From Escherichia coli (GTDB lineage: Bacteria; Pseudomonadota; Gammaproteobacteria; Enterobacterales; Enterobacteriaceae): a DNA stretch of 64,000 bases. Made by a program: the position numbers and the translations under genes. The notes under the pieces were generated by a model, which made no database searches, had not been told where the DNA came from, and saw only the letters and a program-made list of their open reading frames with translations. Each line of letters opens with the position of its first letter. Positions within the stretch are counted from its first letter, which is position 1. Positions 60,370 to 64,000 of the stretch are shown here, piece after piece. Location: NCBI RefSeq assembly GCF_044324875.1, contig NZ_CP172185.1, one strand, 5' to 3'.

Positions 60370-61833
60370 ATGTCTTTAGCAAAAGATAATATATGGAAAT
60401 TATTGGCGCCCCTGGTGGTGATGGGTGTCATGTTTCTTATCCCTGTACCTGACGGTATGCCGCCGCAGGCGTGGCATTACTTTGCAGTGTTTGTGGCAAT
60501 GATTGTCGGCATGATCCTCGAGCCAATTCCGGCAACGGCGATCAGTTTTATTGCGGTTACTATTTGCGTTATTGGCAGTAATTACCTGCTCTTTGATGCC
60601 AAAGAATTAGCTGACCCAGCGTTTAATGCGCAAAAACAGGCGCTGAAATGGGGTCTGGCTGGTTTTTCCAGCACCACGGTATGGCTGGTATTTGGCGCAT
60701 TTATTTTTGCATTAGGGTATGAAGTTTCCGGGTTAGGTCGTCGCATTGCCCTTTTCCTGGTGAAATTCATGGGCAAACGCACGCTGACGTTGGGTTATGC
60801 GATTGTCATTATCGACATTCTGCTGGCACCGTTTACACCGTCCAACACCGCGCGTACCGGGGGTACGGTTTTTCCGGTCATTAAAAACCTGCCGCCGCTG
60901 TTTAAATCATTCCCGAACGATCCGTCCGCGCGTCGTATTGGCGGCTATTTGATGTGGATGATGGTCATTAGTACCAGTCTGAGTTCGTCCATGTTTGTCA
61001 CCGGTGCGGCACCAAACGTACTGGGTCTGGAGTTCGTCAGCAAAATTGCCGGTATCCAGATTAGCTGGTTGCAGTGGTTCCTCTGCTTCCTGCCGGTTGG
61101 GGTTATCTTGCTTATCATTGCGCCGTGGCTTTCCTACGTGCTGTACAAACCGGAAATCACACACAGTGAAGAAGTGGCAACCTGGGCGGGTGATGAACTA
61201 AAAACCATGGGTGCGCTGACACGCAGAGAGTGGACGCTGATTGGTCTTGTATTGCTCAGCTTAGGTTTGTGGGTATTTGGCAGTGAAGTCATTAATGCTA
61301 CTGCGGTAGGTCTGCTGGCAGTTTCGCTGATGCTGGCGCTGCACGTTGTGCCGTGGAAAGACATTACTCGCTATAACAGCGCATGGAACACGCTGGTCAA
61401 CCTGGCAACGCTGGTTGTTATGGCGAATGGCCTGACCCGTTCTGGCTTTATCGACTGGTTCGCCAACACGATGAGTACACACCTGGAAGGCTTCTCACCA
61501 AACGCAACGGTGATTGTACTGGTTCTGGTGTTCTACTTTGCGCACTACCTGTTTGCCAGCCTGTCTGCGCACACCGCAACCATGCTGCCGGTTATTCTGG
61601 CCGTCGGTAAAGGTATTCCGGGCGTACCAATGGAACAACTGTGTATCCTGCTGGTGCTGTCTATCGGTATCATGGGCTGTCTGACGCCGTATGCAACCGG
61701 TCCTGGGGTGATTATTTACGGCTGTGGCTATGTGAAATCAAAAGATTACTGGCGACTTGGTGCAATCTTCGGGGTGATTTACATCTCTATGCTGCTGTTG
61801 GTTGGCTGGCCGATTCTCGCCATGTGGAACTAA
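60370..61833 (+). CDS. citT: Citrate:succinate antiporter (DASS family)
   Basis: 487 aa multi-TM MSLAKDNIWKLLAPLVVMGVMFLIPVPDGMPPQAWHYF... Confidence 0.95.
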   Translation: MSLAKDNIWKLLAPLVVMGVMFLIPVPDGMPPQAWHYFAVFVAMIVGMILEPIPATAISFIAVTICVIGSNYLLFDAKELADPAFNAQKQALKWGLAGFSSTTVWLVFGAFIFALGYEVSGLGRRIALFLVKFMGKRTLTLGYAIVIIDILLAPFTPSNTARTGGTVFPVIKNLPPLFKSFPNDPSARRIGGYLMWMMVISTSLSSSMFVTGAAPNVLGLEFVSKIAGIQISWLQWFLCFLPVGVILLIIAPWLSYVLYKPEITHSEEVATWAGDELKTMGALTRREWTLIGLVLLSLGLWVFGSEVINATAVGLLAVSLMLALHVVPWKDITRYNSAWNTLVNLATLVVMANGLTRSGFIDWFANTMSTHLEGFSPNATVIVLVLVFYFAHYLFASLSAHTATMLPVILAVGKGIPGVPMEQLCILLVLSIGIMGCLTPYATGPGVIIYGCGYVKSKDYWRLGAIFGVIYISMLLLVGWPILAMWN

Positions 61834-61864
61834 TACGTTCGCCAAACGCTGAATAAATCATCAC

Positions 61865-61898
61865 GCCCGCCAGGTAAGCCCACCTGGCGGGCTTTTTT
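61865..61898 (+). terminator. Rho-independent terminator after citT
   Basis: GCCCGCCAGGT-aagccc-ACCTGGCGGGC followed by TTTTTT. Confidence 0.8.
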
Positions 61899-61946
61899 AT
61901 GATTTAATAGATAGTATTCAGTGTATGTATGAGTTCCACACCCATT

Positions 61947-62753
61947 ATGAAAGCATTCTGGCGTAACGCCGCGTTGCTCGCGGTTTCTCTGCTTCCCTTC
62001 TCTTCTGCCAACGCCGTGGCGTTGCAGGCAAAACAGTATGGCGATTTTGATCGCTATGTCCTGGCCCTCTCCTGGCAAACCGGATTTTGCCAGAGTCAAC
62101 ACGATCGAAATCGTAACGAACGAGATGAATGTCGCCTGCAAACCGAAACGACCAACAAAGCTGATTTTCTGACCGTACATGGTCTGTGGCCAGGATTGCC
62201 TAAATCGGTTGCTGCCCGTGGTGTTGATGAACGCCGCTGGATGCGCTTCGGTTGCGCTACCCGCCCAATCCCGAATCTACCAGAAGCGCGCGCCAGCCGA
62301 ATGTGTTCATCGCCGGAAACTGGGTTATCGCTGGAAACGGCAGCTAAACTAAGTGAAGTCATGCCAGGAGCTGGCGGACGTTCCTGCCTGGAACGCTACG
62401 AATATGCCAAACACGGTGCCTGCTTTGGTTTTGATCCAGACGCATACTTCGGCACGATGGTACGCCTGAATCAAGAAATTAAAGAGAGCGAAGCCGGAAA
62501 ATTCCTTGCGGATAATTACGGTAAAACAGTGAGCCGCCGTGACTTTGACGCCGCCTTTGCCAAAAGCTGGGGAAAAGAGAACGTGAAAGCAGTTAAGCTA
62601 ACGTGCCAGGGTAACCCTGCGTATTTGACTGAAATTCAGATCTCGATCAAAGCTGACGCCATCAACGCTCCGCTTTCTGCCAACTCATTCTTGCCACAAC
62701 CACACCCAGGCAACTGTGGCAAAACCTTTGTGATTGATAAAGCAGGTTATTAA
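61947..62753 (+). CDS. rna: Ribonuclease I (periplasmic, T2 family)
   Basis: 268 aa MKAFWRNAALLAVSLLPFSSANA signal peptide; T2 RNase motif HGLWP. Confidence 0.95.
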   Translation: MKAFWRNAALLAVSLLPFSSANAVALQAKQYGDFDRYVLALSWQTGFCQSQHDRNRNERDECRLQTETTNKADFLTVHGLWPGLPKSVAARGVDERRWMRFGCATRPIPNLPEARASRMCSSPETGLSLETAAKLSEVMPGAGGRSCLERYEYAKHGACFGFDPDAYFGTMVRLNQEIKESEAGKFLADNYGKTVSRRDFDAAFAKSWGKENVKAVKLTCQGNPAYLTEIQISIKADAINAPLSANSFLPQPHPGNCGKTFVIDKAGY

Positions 62754-62982
62754 TCCTCTGATTTACAAAACACGCTAATTCGTCTTCCATAAACCATGAC
62801 GATTAAGATTTATACATAATGCACTGCATTGAGGAATTCCCTGAATGTGACGCAAATCACTTCAAAGAGTGAGCAACAGTCAGTATCATCATGTGAGTTA
62901 AACCCTCGCCGCCTGACGGTGAGGGTTTTCTTTTGGGTATGTTTATCTGCGACACTCGCAGTACCGACGACATGGAGTAAAA

Positions 62983-63393
62983 ATGTCCAGACCAACTATC
63001 ATCATTAACGACCTGGATGCCGAACGCATCGATATTCTGCTGGAGCAACCCGCCTATGCTGGTTTGCCAATCGCCGACGCGTTAAACGCAGAGTTGGATC
63101 GCGCCCAAATGTGTTCGCCAGAAGAGATGCCACACGACGTGGTGACAATGAACAGCCGGGTTAAATTCCGCAATCTTAGCGATGGCGAAGTGCGTGTGCG
63201 CACGCTGGTGTATCCGGCAAAAATGACCGACAGCAATACTCAGCTTTCCGTTATGGCTCCGGTAGGTGCCGCACTGCTGGGGCTGCGCGTTGGCGATTCC
63301 ATTCACTGGGAACTTCCGGGCGGCGTTGCAACCCACCTTGAAGTGCTGGAACTCGAATACCAGCCAGAAGCTGCTGGCGACTACCTGCTTTAA
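62983..63393 (+). CDS. rnk: Regulator of nucleoside diphosphate kinase (GreA/B-like)
   Basis: 136 aa [42 protein letters not shown]... Confidence 0.95.
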
Positions 63394-63426
63394 TCCCATC
63401 TGCACAAGCGATAACTCGCTTTGCCC

Positions 63427-63451
63427 AGAGGATGCACTCGCATCCTCTTTC
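63427..63451 (+). terminator. Hairpin after rnk (putative terminator)
   Basis: AGAGGATGC-actcg-CATCCTCT followed by TT. Confidence 0.45.
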
Positions 63452-63535
63452 CGCTCAAATATCAACCAGATTTATCATTTTGCTCTTAAGCGCAGCATTC
63501 TAATCTGAACTGGTTATTCATCTGCGGAACCTCAT

Positions 63536-63625
63536 ATGAGCGAAGCTCTCGGTATCACTGCATTTTATATATTCATAGCCGCAATTATTGTTGCTGCAGT
63601 GCTATACCTTGAACAACGCTGGTAG
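63536..63625 (+). CDS. Candidate small hydrophobic protein (29 aa, single predicted TM helix)
   Basis: ATG...TAG ORF MSEALGITAFYIFIAAIIVAAVLYLEQRW in otherwise non-coding rnk-uspG spacer; weak RBS; speculative. Confidence 0.25.
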   Translation: MSEALGITAFYIFIAAIIVAAVLYLEQRW

Positions 63626-63748
63626 CGCCTGGTTTTATTTATTTTCCAGCTCAATAGCAAATTCAGATCAAATCAGCCTCGCAAATCATAGATTCATAAC
63701 CAATAATGTGCTGTTATGTATACATGCAAAAACAAGGAGAGAATGCTT

Positions 63749-64000
63749 ATGTACAAAACAATCATCATGCCAGTGGATGTTTTCGAAATGGAATTGAGCG
63801 ACAAAGCGGTTCGCCACGCTGAATTCCTCGCCCAGGATGACGGAGTTATTCATCTACTTCACGTACTACCGGGGTCAGCCAGCCTGAGCCTGCACCGTTT
63901 TGCCGCTGATGTACGTCGTTTTGAAGAGCATCTGCAACATGAAGCAGAAGAACGTTTGCAAACGATGGTCAGCCACTTCACCATCGATCCTTCCCGCATT
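63749..64000 (+). CDS. uspG: Universal stress protein G, N-terminal 84 codons (continues beyond window end)
   Basis: ATG at 63749 after AAGGAGAG RBS; [42 protein letters not shown]...; frame open to window end. Confidence 0.9.
   Translation, partial: MYKTIIMPVDVFEMELSDKAVRHAEFLAQDDGVIHLLHVLPGSASLSLHRFAADVRRFEEHLQHEAEERLQTMVSHFTIDPSRI

Overview
This window reads as an Escherichia coli-type chromosomal segment running nagE-nagBACD through asnB, a Met/Leu/Gln tRNA operon, ubiF-miaB-ybeZYX-lnt, gltIJKL, rihA-hscC, the djl/ybe cluster, leuS-lptE-holA-nadD-cobC, rsfS-rlmH-mrdAB-rlpA-dacA, lipB/lipA, tatE, crcB, cspE, pagP, dcuC, dpiBA, citCDEFXGT, rna, rnk and the start of uspG. It is in reverse orientation relative to K-12 numbering, and about 60 protein genes are recognised by exact protein matches from memory. 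All identifications and K-12 comparisons are from reading the sequence and recall; no database search was run. The main finding is a 1.28-kb IS110-family element (IS621-like) inserted in a REP palindrome between nagD and asnB, whose 5' non-coding end encodes a structured RNA with guide-like segments matching both the flanking target and the element's own ends (a bridge-RNA recombinase system). Other departures from the K-12 layout as I remember it are: a 625-aa rhomboid protease fused to a beta-propeller domain between lnt and gltI; a 145-aa secreted hypothetical protein between asnB and the tRNA operon; a +1 frameshift in nagD; a five-gene rather than seven-gene tRNA operon; and an apparently intact ybeM. 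No CRISPR array, prophage or integron was seen.
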